A DNA stretch of 64,000 bases. It comes from an uncultured delta proteobacterium. GTDB taxonomy: Bacteria; Desulfobacterota; Binatia; Binatales; Binataceae. Position 1 is the stretch's first letter. Every line of letters starts with the position of its first letter. The DNA lies in contig CAWJET010000001.1 of NCBI GenBank assembly GCA_963842085.1, positions 1,088,001 through 1,152,000 on the forward strand, written 5' to 3'. The notes beneath the pieces were generated by a model, which was not told the DNA's origin, did not search any database, and saw nothing but the letters and a program-made list of their open reading frames with translations. Positions 40,701 to 50,082 of this stretch are shown one piece after another. Both the position numbers and the translations under genes were made by a program.

Positions 40701-41399
40701 GTGGCGGGCGAAACCGACAGCGGGCGCCCGGCGCCGGGCGCGGTCCTCGCGCGCATCGCAGGTGCGATCGGCCTCGCGACCGAAGGCGTCGCGCTGGCGC
40801 TCGGGCTGGCTGCCGCCGGAATCGTGCTGATTGCGCTCGGCCTCAAGTCGATCGGCGCGATCCTGGCAATCCTCGCAATACCAGTTGCGCTTTTCTTTCG
40901 CGATCCCGATCGTTATCCGACTCGTACCGAAAACGTCGTAATCTCGGGCGCGGACGGCAAGGTAACCGACATTTCCGACGTATCGTTTCCGGGGGCGACT
41001 GGCCGGCTCTACCATCGCGTGTCGGTGTTCATGTCGCCCCTCAACGTCCACGTGAACCGGGCACCGGTCGGCGGCGAAGTCACTATGGTCGAGCACACCG
41101 CGGGCGAGTTCCGTGCCGCGTTCCGCGACGACGCCAGCGAGCACAACGAGCGCAACCTGATTGCGGTGACGGACGCGTCGGGCCGCATGTTCGGGATGCT
41201 ACAGGTGGCCGGATATCTCGCCCGGCGGATAGTTTGCCGGCTGCGCGCGCGTGATAGAATACAACCAGGTCAGCGGATCGGCCTGATTATGTTCGGAAGC
41301 CGCGTCGATCATTTTTTTCCGTCGGAGTACCGCGTCACGGTGGCGCTGGGGCAACGCGTCCGCGCCGGAGAATCCGTCATCGGAGCGATCGAGCAATGA
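40701..41399 (+). CDS. psd: Phosphatidylserine decarboxylase proenzyme
   Basis: FFRDPDR, FMSPLNVHVNR.P, NERN, cleavage motif FGSRVD. Confidence 0.95.
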   Translation: MAGETDSGRPAPGAVLARIAGAIGLATEGVALALGLAAAGIVLIALGLKSIGAILAILAIPVALFFRDPDRYPTRTENVVISGADGKVTDISDVSFPGATGRLYHRVSVFMSPLNVHVNRAPVGGEVTMVEHTAGEFRAAFRDDASEHNERNLIAVTDASGRMFGMLQVAGYLARRIVCRLRARDRIQPGQRIGLIMFGSRVDHFFPSEYRVTVALGQRVRAGESVIGAIEQ

Positions 41400-42316
41400 G
41401 TCGTAATTCCCGCCGCTCGCGCGAAGAGCGCCTGCGGATGGAGCTGTACTCAAGTCAGGGCCGCGAACCGGGCTACAAACCAGAAGGCCCGCTGCGCCGC
41501 GGCGTCTTTTTGCTGCCTGCGACGATCACTTCGATCGGCCTGCTGTCCGGCTTCTATTCGATGGTCTCCGCGGTGAGCGGACACTTCGAGGTGGCCGCCG
41601 TGATGATCGTGATTGCGTTCGTGTGCGACGGACTCGACGGGCGCATCGCGCGCGCCTCGCGCACCTCGAGCCAATTCGGCATCGAGTACGACAGCCTCTC
41701 CGACGTAGTCGCGTTCGGCGTCGCACCCGCGATGCTGGCCTACGCTTGGGCGCTGAAACCGATCGGTTCGCTCGGAATCGGCGTCAGCGGATTGTTCGTG
41801 CTGTGCGCCGCGCTGCGCCTGGCGCGCTTTAACGTTCAGACCGCAACGGCGGACAAGAGCCGCTTCGTCGGCCTGCCGGTGCCGGGAGCAGCGGTGATGA
41901 TCTCCGGGCTCGCACTGGCCTACAGCTACTTCGAAATCGACTCGCCGCGAGCGCTGTGTACGCTCATGGTGCCGATCACGCTTGCACTGGGCGGCCTGAT
42001 GATCTCCCGAGTGCCCTACCCCAGCTTCAAGGCGATCAAGCTGGAAAAGCGCGCGCAGGTCGAGCTGGTGATCACGATGATGGTGTGCGCCGCGATGCTG
42101 TTCGCGATGCCGCAACTCACAGCCTTCCTGCTCTCAACTGCGTACGTGCTGTCGGGTCCCGCGCTGATGATCCGCGGCGAACGGCTGAGCGCCAAGGTTC
42201 CTGTTCTGCGCCCGGTTGCGTCCGCCAAATCTCAGGAGGCTAACGGCGCCGCGCCGGAGGCCGATACAGCCAGACGCACCCGCAGCCTCCGCGACCATCA
42301 GCCCGCGCAACGCTAG
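41396..42316 (+). CDS. pssA: CDP-diacylglycerol--serine O-phosphatidyltransferase
   Basis: DGLDGRIAR....S.FG.EYDSLSD.VAFGVAP, LRLARFN, F.GLP.P. Confidence 0.95.
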   Translation: MSRNSRRSREERLRMELYSSQGREPGYKPEGPLRRGVFLLPATITSIGLLSGFYSMVSAVSGHFEVAAVMIVIAFVCDGLDGRIARASRTSSQFGIEYDSLSDVVAFGVAPAMLAYAWALKPIGSLGIGVSGLFVLCAALRLARFNVQTATADKSRFVGLPVPGAAVMISGLALAYSYFEIDSPRALCTLMVPITLALGGLMISRVPYPSFKAIKLEKRAQVELVITMMVCAAMLFAMPQLTAFLLSTAYVLSGPALMIRGERLSAKVPVLRPVASAKSQEANGAAPEADTARRTRSLRDHQPAQR

Positions 42317-42322
42317 AACGGC

Positions 42323-42352
42323 TTGACTGACATCTCCGCTGCCGCTTACAAT
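42323..42352 (+). promoter_or_regulatory. Sigma70 promoter of the leuA leader
   Basis: TTGACT(42323-42328)-N18-TACAAT(42347-42352). Confidence 0.7.
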
Positions 42353-42361
42353 CCGTACACG

Positions 42362-42445
42362 ATGTATTGCTACCTGCTACCGGAGCTGCTGCTGAGCCTG
42401 GCCCTTACCGGGGCCCACGCCAGGCGCGCGTCCGGGCAGGTCTAA
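42362..42445 (+). CDS. Leucine attenuator leader peptide (27 aa)
   Basis: MYCYLLPELLLSLALTGAHARRASGQV*. Seven Leu codons, including CTA, in the first 15 codons. Upstream of leuA. Confidence 0.75.
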   Translation: MYCYLLPELLLSLALTGAHARRASGQV

Positions 42446-42467
42446 CGGCCTGATTAAACCGAGACAC

Positions 42468-42516
42468 ACGCCCCGGGCAGTGGGCCGATCGCAGCCGCCC
42501 GGGGCGTTTTCTTTTT
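42468..42516 (+). terminator. Attenuator terminator upstream of leuA
   Basis: ACGCCCCGGGC(42468-42478)/GCCCGGGGCGT(42497-42507) followed by a T-rich tract. Confidence 0.8.
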
Positions 42517-42569
42517 CCGCTCCTCGCGAACGATCGGCCCGCTGATCCCGTGGCGGCGATGCGGGAGGA

Positions 42570-44144
42570 ATGACGATGGCACGCGCGAACACGGCAGCGA
42601 AAGACACTGACTACGTCCGAATCTTCGACACGACGCTGCGCGACGGCGAGCAATCGCCCGGCTGCACGATGAACGTCGAGGAAAAGATCGCGCTCGCGCG
42701 CCAACTGGAACGGCTCAACGTCGATATCATCGAAGCGGGATTCGCAGTCTCGTCGCCCGGCGACTTTGAATCGATAACTCGCGTCGCGCAGGCAGTCACC
42801 GAGCCTGTGGTGCTGAGCCTGTCGCGCACAGGCGAGCAGGACGTAGATTCGGCGCTGCGCGCAGTGGACAGGGCCGCGCATCCCGGGATTCACATTTTCA
42901 TCGCGACCTCGGATATCCATCTCAAATACAAACTCAACATGAATCGCGAGGACGTGCTCGACGCCGCCACCTGGGCCGTCACGCGCGCGAAAAAGCATCT
43001 CGACTACATCGAGTTCTCGTGCGAAGACGCTTCGCGCTCCGACTGGGACTACATGGTCGACGTTTGCAGCGAGGTGATTCGCGCCGGCGCTACCGTTATC
43101 AACCTGCCCGACACCACCGGCCACGCGATCCCCGAGGAATTCGGACGGATGTTCACGTATATGCGCGAGAAAGTCCCCGGGGCCGACAAGGTCATCTGGA
43201 GCGCGCACTGTCATAACGATCTCGGCCTGGCGGTTGCAAATTCGCTGGCGGCGGTGCGCAATGGCGCGCGCCAGATCGAATGCACGATCAACGGAATCGG
43301 CGAGCGCGCGGGCAACTGCTCGATGGAAGAAGTCGTGATGGCGATGAAAACGCGCCACGACCTGATGGGCATACAGTCGCGCGTCAACACGCGCCAGATT
43401 TACCCGGCCTCGCGCCTGCTGTCGCAGGTCATCGGCCAGTCCGTGCCGGCCAACAAGCCAATCGTCGGCGACAATGCGTTCGCGCACGAAGCCGGAATCC
43501 ATCAGGACGGCGTGCTGAAGTACAAGCTGACGTACGAGATCATGAAGCCCGAGGATATCGGCATCCCGTCGAACAAGCTGGTGCTGGGCAAGCATTCGGG
43601 GCGCCACGCGTTCACCAACCGGCTCAAGGAACTTGGCGTCGATCTCGACGACGTCGACGTGAACAAGGCGTTCGCCGAATTCAAGGCGCTCTGCGACAAA
43701 AAGAAAATCGTGTACGACGACGACATCCTGGCGCTCGTCACCGAAGGAGTGCGCCGGACGATCGATCACTTTGAGCTGGTCGATTTGCAAGTCGGCTCGT
43801 CCACCAAGAGCACACCGCACGCGGAAGTCACGCTGCGGGTGGATGGAAAAGAGTGCTCGGCGGAGGGCGAAGGCGACGGGATGGTGGACGCGTGCTACAA
43901 GGCGATCTACAAAATCGCGGCGATCAATCCCGCGCTGGAACGCTACGCGGTGAAGGCAATTACCGGCGGCACCGACGCGCTCGGCGAGGTGAGCTGCATG
44001 ATTCGCGAGAACGGCGTGACCGTCGCCGGCCAGGGCGCGCATAGCGATATCGTCATGGCGAGCGCGCTCGCGCTGGTCAACGCGCTCAACCGGTTGAAGG
44101 CGCGCAAGCATGCGCCGCTGAAGCCGACGACCGACGTTCCGTGA
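42570..44144 (+). CDS. leuA: 2-isopropylmalate synthase
   Basis: IFDTTLRDGEQSPG, HCHNDLGLAVAN, NGIGERAGN, AHEAGIHQDG, C-terminal regulatory domain. Confidence 0.97.
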   Translation: MTMARANTAAKDTDYVRIFDTTLRDGEQSPGCTMNVEEKIALARQLERLNVDIIEAGFAVSSPGDFESITRVAQAVTEPVVLSLSRTGEQDVDSALRAVDRAAHPGIHIFIATSDIHLKYKLNMNREDVLDAATWAVTRAKKHLDYIEFSCEDASRSDWDYMVDVCSEVIRAGATVINLPDTTGHAIPEEFGRMFTYMREKVPGADKVIWSAHCHNDLGLAVANSLAAVRNGARQIECTINGIGERAGNCSMEEVVMAMKTRHDLMGIQSRVNTRQIYPASRLLSQVIGQSVPANKPIVGDNAFAHEAGIHQDGVLKYKLTYEIMKPEDIGIPSNKLVLGKHSGRHAFTNRLKELGVDLDDVDVNKAFAEFKALCDKKKIVYDDDILALVTEGVRRTIDHFELVDLQVGSSTKSTPHAEVTLRVDGKECSAEGEGDGMVDACYKAIYKIAAINPALERYAVKAITGGTDALGEVSCMIRENGVTVAGQGAHSDIVMASALALVNALNRLKARKHAPLKPTTDVP

Positions 44145-44392
44145 ACGGCAGTTAGGGGGCTTGCCGCAACATCCCACTTGGGCTAAGTGCTTGGGGAGCT
44201 TGAGTTTGAAGTTGAATTCGCTCTTCACCCCGTGCGACGTGCGGCCTTCCGCAGCACCCGCCATTGAGGCGAGGTTTGCTACAGCGTCATCGCGCCAACC
44301 TGCGCTCCTAATTTTCGAGGCTATCCACTGACGGGTCGAGACGGTCTGACGCTCCTCCCGCTCACTCACGTCCAGGCGTTCGGCGCTTTCGC

Positions 44393-45508
44393 ATGGCCTA
44401 TAAGATTCTAGTTCTCAAAGGTGACGGCATCGGGCCGGAGGTGGTCGGCGAGGCCCTGCAGGTTCTCAAGACCATCGCGCGACGATCGGCGGTCGATCTC
44501 GAGTTCAAGGAGGGCATGATCGGCGGTCACGCGCTCGATACCGCCGGGACTCCGCTGCCAGATGAGGTGCTCAAGCTCGCGCAGGACAGCGACGCGATTC
44601 TGCTCGGCGCCGTCGGTGGACCGAAATGGGACAAGCCCAACGCCGAGAAGCGTCCCGAGCAGGCGCTGCTTGGGCTCCGAAAAGCCCTGGGATTGTTCGC
44701 CAACGTCCGTCCCGTCAAGACCATCAAAGAACTGATGGCCGCGTCCCCACTCAAGGCCGAAGTGATCTCCGGCGTCGACGTCGTCATCATTCGCGAGCTG
44801 ACCGGCGGCATCTACTACGGCAAGCCGAGCGAAAAGCGCGCGGCGAAGGACGGGCGCGAGGCGGTCGATACCTGCTTTTACACCGAAGCCGAGATTGCAC
44901 GGGTGCTCAAGTTCGGTTTCGAGCTGGCGAGCGAGCGCCGCCAAAAACTGACCTCGGTAGACAAGGCCAACGTGCTCGCGACGTCGCGCTTGTGGCGGGA
45001 GATCGCAACCGAGTTGAGCGCGCAGTTCAAGGAGGTCGCGTTCGAGAATCAGCTGGTCGATTCGATGGCGATGCATCTGATACGCCGCCCCAAGGACTTC
45101 GACGTGGTCGTCACCGAGAACATGTTCGGCGACATCCTGACCGACGAAGCCTCGGTGCTCGCGGGCTCGATGGGCCTGTTGCCGTCGGCGTCGCTTGGCG
45201 AGGAGCTCAACAGCGCCGGTTTCCGCGTCGGTCTGTACGAGCCGATTCACGGCAGCGCACCGGACATCGCGGGCCGCGACGAGGCCAATCCGCTCGCCGC
45301 GATTCTGTCGGCGGCGCTGCTGCTCGAGCATTCGCTCGGGATGCGCTCCGAAGCCGAGTTGATTTCGCAGGCGGTCGATTCCGTCGTGCGCGACGGCTAT
45401 CGCACGCGCGACCTTCACGGCGGCGCCGGCACGCAGACCGTGGGATGCAAGGCGATGGGCCGGCTGGTGCGTGAAAAAATCGAGAGCTCCGAAAGCGAAG
45501 GCGAATGA
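44393..45508 (+). CDS. leuB: 3-isopropylmalate dehydrogenase
   Basis: GDGIGPEV, LGAVGGPKWD, RELTGGIY.G, NMFGDIL.DE, EPIHGSAPDIAG. Confidence 0.98.
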   Translation: MAYKILVLKGDGIGPEVVGEALQVLKTIARRSAVDLEFKEGMIGGHALDTAGTPLPDEVLKLAQDSDAILLGAVGGPKWDKPNAEKRPEQALLGLRKALGLFANVRPVKTIKELMAASPLKAEVISGVDVVIIRELTGGIYYGKPSEKRAAKDGREAVDTCFYTEAEIARVLKFGFELASERRQKLTSVDKANVLATSRLWREIATELSAQFKEVAFENQLVDSMAMHLIRRPKDFDVVVTENMFGDILTDEASVLAGSMGLLPSASLGEELNSAGFRVGLYEPIHGSAPDIAGRDEANPLAAILSAALLLEHSLGMRSEAELISQAVDSVVRDGYRTRDLHGGAGTQTVGCKAMGRLVREKIESSESEGE

Positions 45509-46488
45509 GTATTTCCCGCGAGCCGAGAGTGGCGGTTGTCGGCGCCACCGGCGCGGTTGGCAACCAGCTTATCGAACTGATCGCCGCGCGCGGCTTCCAG
45601 CTCAGTGAACTGAAGCTCTTCGCCACTGAAGCGGGGGCGACGCAGACCGTCGACGCCGCCGGCGAGGAGCGCCTGGTCGACGCGCTCGAGAGTCCCGCCG
45701 ATCTTCGTGGCTTCGATATCGCCTTCCTTGCGATCCCCGCGCCGCGCGCCGCCGAAATTGTCGCCGCGCGGCCCGGCCCGATACTGATCGATCTGAGCGC
45801 GGCGAATCGCCCGCCCTCGGACGTGCCGATGGTCGCGCCCGGACTCACTTCGCGCGAGGCGATCGCGCAACTGCGCAAGGCGATGGTGTTCGCGACGCCT
45901 CATCCCGTCGCCCACGTTCTTGCCACGTGTCTCCGGGCCCTTGGTCCGCACGACGCATTCGTCGCCGCCACCGCGATGCTCGGCGCGAGCGCCGGCGGCA
46001 GGGACGTGCTGACCGCCGCCGTCGATCAGACCACCGACCTGCTGAGCGCGCGCCTGGAGCTCGACGACGACGAAGTTCAGCGCGGCTTCAACGCCTTCAT
46101 GCGCGAGCATGAGCGCTCGGTCGCGACCGCCATCGCCGCGCAAGTCACGACGCTGCTCGAAAAAGCGCCGCCGCTTTCGGTGCAGGTGGTCGCAATTCCC
46201 GTCCTTCACGGTTCGGCCTTGACCGTCGATATCCAGCGCGCACGCGACAGCGGCAACGGCGAAGACGCAGTCGAACTGCTGCGCGTGGCGCCCGGTATTC
46301 TGATCGCCGAAGAGGGCGAACCGCTTGGCGTGATCGACGCGGTTGGCCAGGAGGCCATCGTGGTCAGCGTGGAGACGCGCGCCGACTCGCTGTCGCTGTG
46401 GTGCGTGTTCGACAACACGCGCCTGGCGGCTCTGGGAGCGCTCTGGATCGCCGAGACCTTGGCGCTGAGCTCGCCGGCTCTGGCCTGA
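45505..46488 (+). CDS. Aspartate-semialdehyde dehydrogenase-like protein (Usg-like, catalytic residues apparently absent)
   Basis: VAVVGATGAVG, IDLS, GFN, PV.HG, W...DN. Lies between leuB and truA. Confidence 0.8.
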   Translation: MSISREPRVAVVGATGAVGNQLIELIAARGFQLSELKLFATEAGATQTVDAAGEERLVDALESPADLRGFDIAFLAIPAPRAAEIVAARPGPILIDLSAANRPPSDVPMVAPGLTSREAIAQLRKAMVFATPHPVAHVLATCLRALGPHDAFVAATAMLGASAGGRDVLTAAVDQTTDLLSARLELDDDEVQRGFNAFMREHERSVATAIAAQVTTLLEKAPPLSVQVVAIPVLHGSALTVDIQRARDSGNGEDAVELLRVAPGILIAEEGEPLGVIDAVGQEAIVVSVETRADSLSLWCVFDNTRLAALGALWIAETLALSSPALA

Positions 46489-46499
46489 CCCGGCGGCAG

Positions 46500-47231
46500 A
46501 TGGTCCTCAAGCTCACGCTCGAGTACGACGGCAGCAACTATTCCGGATGGCAGTTTCAGCCGCGCCACGATTCGATACAGGGAAGAATCGAAGCCGCGCT
46601 CGAGCGGATTTTCTCCGCGCCGGTGCGCGTGTTCGGTTCGGGCCGCACCGACGCCGGTGTGCATGCGCGCGGGCAGGCCGCTTCGATTTCGATTCCGCGC
46701 CCGTTCGATCCAGCCGAATTGCAGCGCGCTCTCAACGCGATGCTGCCGGCCGACATCGTGGTGCTCGACGTTTCGCCCGCGCCCGCCGACTTCGATCCGC
46801 GCCGCGCCGCCCGCTCGCGGGTGTATGAATATCGGGTGCTGAATCGCAAGATCGCCTCCGCCTTCGAGTATCGCTATAGCTGGCTGGTCCGCGACCAGAT
46901 CGATCTCGCAGCGATGAACCGTGCCGCGCGCATCTTTGTCGGCGAGCACGACTTCGCCGCCTTCCGCTCTCTCGGCACCGACGTGACGACCACGGTACGC
47001 CGGGTGATATCGAGCGAGTGGACGCGCGACGGTGACGTCCTGCTCTACCGCATCGAGGGAACAAGTTTTCTGCGGCACATGGTGCGCGCGATGGTCGCGG
47101 CGATGGTTGAGGTGGGACGCGGCAAGCTCACGGTTGAGAAAATCGCGACGATTCTCGCCGGACGAAATCGCCAGGCGGCGCCGGCCAACGCGCCGCCCGG
47201 CGGTCTTTACCTCGTCGAAGTACGCTACTGA
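46500..47231 (+). CDS. truA: tRNA pseudouridine(38-40) synthase
   Basis: YDGSNYSGWQ, GRTDAGVHA, HDFAAF, FLRHMVR, APPGGLYL. Confidence 0.97.
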   Translation: MVLKLTLEYDGSNYSGWQFQPRHDSIQGRIEAALERIFSAPVRVFGSGRTDAGVHARGQAASISIPRPFDPAELQRALNAMLPADIVVLDVSPAPADFDPRRAARSRVYEYRVLNRKIASAFEYRYSWLVRDQIDLAAMNRAARIFVGEHDFAAFRSLGTDVTTTVRRVISSEWTRDGDVLLYRIEGTSFLRHMVRAMVAAMVEVGRGKLTVEKIATILAGRNRQAAPANAPPGGLYLVEVRY

Positions 47232-47428
47232 GCGCGCGCTCATGCAGGTTTGCCGATCCTCCCGCGCAAAAGCCCTTGGGGCTCAACGCGGATGCGACGG
47301 GCCTGTGCAAAAACCGTCACGATCCTTAGAAAAAAGAGCGATTTTCGTGCCTTCCGCACTTGAAATTGCCGCGCCACTGGTTCACCCTCACTGCAAGCCC
47401 GCAACCCGGGACGCAAGGAGGAGGATGG

Positions 47429-47710
47429 ATGACTCAGTCGCAGGTAGCAGCCTATCTGGCTGAAAAGATCGGAGTCACGAAGAAGCAGGCGAAGAGCGCG
47501 CTCGAGGAGATCAACGCGCTGGTCGTTCGCGAACTCAAGAAGGAAGGATCGCTGCGGCTGGCCGGCCTCGGTATCTTCCGCAAGCGCAAGACCAAGGCGC
47601 GCATGGGCCGCAATCCGGCGACCGGTCAGGAGATCAAGATTCCGGCGCGCACGCGGCTGCGCTTCACCGCCGCCAAAGCGTTGAAGGACTCGGTTCTCGG
47701 CGCGAAGTAA
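47429..47710 (+). CDS. HU family DNA-binding protein
   Basis: LAG.GIF, ARMGRNPATGQEIKIPA, F.AAKALKD. RBS AAGGAGGAGG. Confidence 0.95.
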   Translation: MTQSQVAAYLAEKIGVTKKQAKSALEEINALVVRELKKEGSLRLAGLGIFRKRKTKARMGRNPATGQEIKIPARTRLRFTAAKALKDSVLGAK

Positions 47711-47727
47711 TCGGCCTGACTTTTGTG

Positions 47728-47771
47728 AACCGCGGGAACGGACGTGGTCCGCTTCTCGCGGTTTGCTTTTT
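47728..47771 (+). terminator. Probable intrinsic terminator after HU
   Basis: AACCGCGGGAACGGAC/GTCCGCTTCTCGCGGTT hairpin followed by TGCTTTTT. Confidence 0.6.
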
Positions 47772-47775
47772 CTCA

Positions 47776-49140
47776 TCAGTCTTTGCCGTCCGGCTTGCGC
47801 CGTGACGCAGGGTTGCGCGCCTCGCGCGCGCGCGTGAGATACTCGCGGATGCGGCTTTCGTAGCCGCGCTCGGACGGTTCGTAATATATCTTTTGGCCCA
47901 GCTCCTCGGGCAGGTATTTCTGCGCGACCAGCGCGCCCTCGAAGTCGTGCGGATAGCGGTAGTCCTTGCCGTAGCCGAGTCCCCTCATCATCGGCGTGGG
48001 CGCGTTGCGCAAATGGAGCGGCACCGGCAGCGCCCCCAGCGCTTTCGCATCTTCGGCCGCGCGCTGCATCGCCAGATACGAGGCGTTGGACTTCGGCGCG
48101 GTGGCCAGATACGTCACGCCCTGCGCCAGCGGGATCACGCCTTCGGGCAGGCCGACGAAGTCCACCGCCTCCTTGACCGCGATCGCCACTTGCAGTGCGC
48201 GCGGATCTGCGTTGCCGACATCTTCGGACGCGAAGATCACCATGCGGCGCGCGATGAACAGCGGATCTTCGCCCGCCTCGACCATCCGCATCATCCAGTA
48301 CACCGCGGCGTCGGGATCGCTGCCGCGCATGCTCTTGATGAAGGCCGAGATGACGTTGTAATGCTCCTCGCCCGCGCGATCGTAGAGCAGCGCCTTCTGC
48401 TGCGCCGACTCGCGAATATGGTCAGGCGTGATCAGCGTCGCGCCGGCGTTGTGCGCGAACTCCGCCGCAATCTCGAGCGTGCTGAGCGCACGCCGCGCGT
48501 CGCCGCCCGCAAATCGAATGATCTCGTCCATCGCGCCCATCGCCAGCTTGAGCCCGCTGTTGCCGAGCCCGCGCTCCTTGTCGGCAAGCGCGCGATGCAC
48601 GAGCGTCGCGATATTCTCGTCCGACAGCGGATGCAGCACGAGCAGCCGCATCCGCGAAAGCAGCGCCGAGATCACCTCGAACGACGGATTCTCGGTGGTC
48701 GCGCCGATAAGAGTGATCAGTCCGCTCTCGACGTGCGGCAGAAACGCGTCCTGCTGCGCGCGGTTCCATCGATGGATCTCGTCAATGAACACGACGGTGG
48801 GCTTGCCGGCGTCGAGATCGCGGCGCGCCGCCTCGACCGCTTCGCGCAAATCGGCGACGCCCGAGGTCACCGCCGCCAGCTTGCGGAACACGGCGCCCGA
48901 GTGCTCGGCGAGCACGAGCGCCAGCGTTGTCTTGCCGGTGCCGGGAGGCCCCCACAGGATCATCGAATGCAGCACGTGGGCCGCGACCATCTGGCTCAGG
49001 AACTTTCCCGGACCCAGCAGATGCTCCTGGCCGACAATTTCGTCGAGCGTGCGCGGACGCATCCGGTCCGCCAGCGGCTGGCTGAGGGGAGTGCGCGGTG
49101 GAAACAGACTCTGCGACGAATCGGCCTTGCGCCGTGCCAT
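47776..49140 (-). CDS. rarA: Replication-associated recombination protein A (MgsA/RarA AAA+ ATPase)
   Basis: PLADRMRP, GQEHL, WGPPGTGKTT, DEIHR, ATTENPSF, SAFIKSMRGSD. Confidence 0.96.
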   Translation of the reverse strand: MARRKADSSQSLFPPRTPLSQPLADRMRPRTLDEIVGQEHLLGPGKFLSQMVAAHVLHSMILWGPPGTGKTTLALVLAEHSGAVFRKLAAVTSGVADLREAVEAARRDLDAGKPTVVFIDEIHRWNRAQQDAFLPHVESGLITLIGATTENPSFEVISALLSRMRLLVLHPLSDENIATLVHRALADKERGLGNSGLKLAMGAMDEIIRFAGGDARRALSTLEIAAEFAHNAGATLITPDHIRESAQQKALLYDRAGEEHYNVISAFIKSMRGSDPDAAVYWMMRMVEAGEDPLFIARRMVIFASEDVGNADPRALQVAIAVKEAVDFVGLPEGVIPLAQGVTYLATAPKSNASYLAMQRAAEDAKALGALPVPLHLRNAPTPMMRGLGYGKDYRYPHDFEGALVAQKYLPEELGQKIYYEPSERGYESRIREYLTRAREARNPASRRKPDGKD

Positions 49141-49266
49141 TTTTGAACCGTAGCACACCAACCCGGCCCGGCTAAGGCAGCTCCCGGCCCGGTTGCCGTG
49201 TCGTTGCGCAGGTGGCTGCCGCTGTTCTAGCTTCATAGACGGGCTGGACAGGAGCCGGCACCACCA

Positions 49267-50082
49267 ATGATCGTTGGCATCGATATCGGCGGCTCGACCA
49301 CCGACGCCGTCATTCTCGAGAATGGCGGCCTGCACGTCGTAACGATCGAGGCTAACGACCCGGTCGCCGCGGCCGCGGGCGCGCTCGGCAAACTCGTCGC
49401 CGACTTCGGTATCAGGCTCGAAGACGTCGAATGCGTCGCCGCCACCGGCGCCGGCTCGCGCGTGCTGACCAAGTCGCTGCTGGGCAGGCCGGTGGTCAAG
49501 GTCAACGAGTTCACCGCGATTGGAATCGGCGGCACGTCGCTGGCCGGCAAGGAGAGCGCGCTGGTCGTCTCGCTCGGCACCGGCACCGCGATCGTGTCGG
49601 TCACGCGCGACAAGATCGCACACTTCAGCGGGACGGGAGTCGGCGGCGGCACGCTGCTGGGACTGGCCAAGCACATGCTCGGCGTCTCGACGATCGAGCG
49701 GCTCGAAAAACTCGCGCGCAAGGGCGACCTGCGGCGCATCGATCTCAGCGTTCGCGACATCGCGGGCGGCTCGATCGGCGACCTGCCGCCCGGCACCACC
49801 GCCGCGAACTTCGGCAAGATAACCGCCGACGCGACACCCGAGGACAAGGCGCTCGCGATCATGAACATGATCGTCGAATCGATCGGCGTGCTCGCGCTCG
49901 CCAGCGCGCGCGCCTGCGGCCAGGAAAATATCGTGCTGACCGGCAAGCTGTCGCGGCTGTTCCGCTTCATGCAGGAGATGAAGCGCCTCGATTTTCCGTT
50001 CGGCCGCCGCTTCGTCATCCCGGAGCATGCCGACTTCGCGACCGCCATAGGCGCGGCGCGTCACGCCCGCCAGCAGGAATAG
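49267..50082 (+). CDS. Type II pantothenate kinase (Fumble/CoaW-like)
   Basis: GIDIGGS, TGAG, V.EF.A, GTG, GTGVGGGT..GL, G....IDL.V.DI, AANFGK. Confidence 0.8.
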   Translation: MIVGIDIGGSTTDAVILENGGLHVVTIEANDPVAAAAGALGKLVADFGIRLEDVECVAATGAGSRVLTKSLLGRPVVKVNEFTAIGIGGTSLAGKESALVVSLGTGTAIVSVTRDKIAHFSGTGVGGGTLLGLAKHMLGVSTIERLEKLARKGDLRRIDLSVRDIAGGSIGDLPPGTTAANFGKITADATPEDKALAIMNMIVESIGVLALASARACGQENIVLTGKLSRLFRFMQEMKRLDFPFGRRFVIPEHADFATAIGAARHARQQE

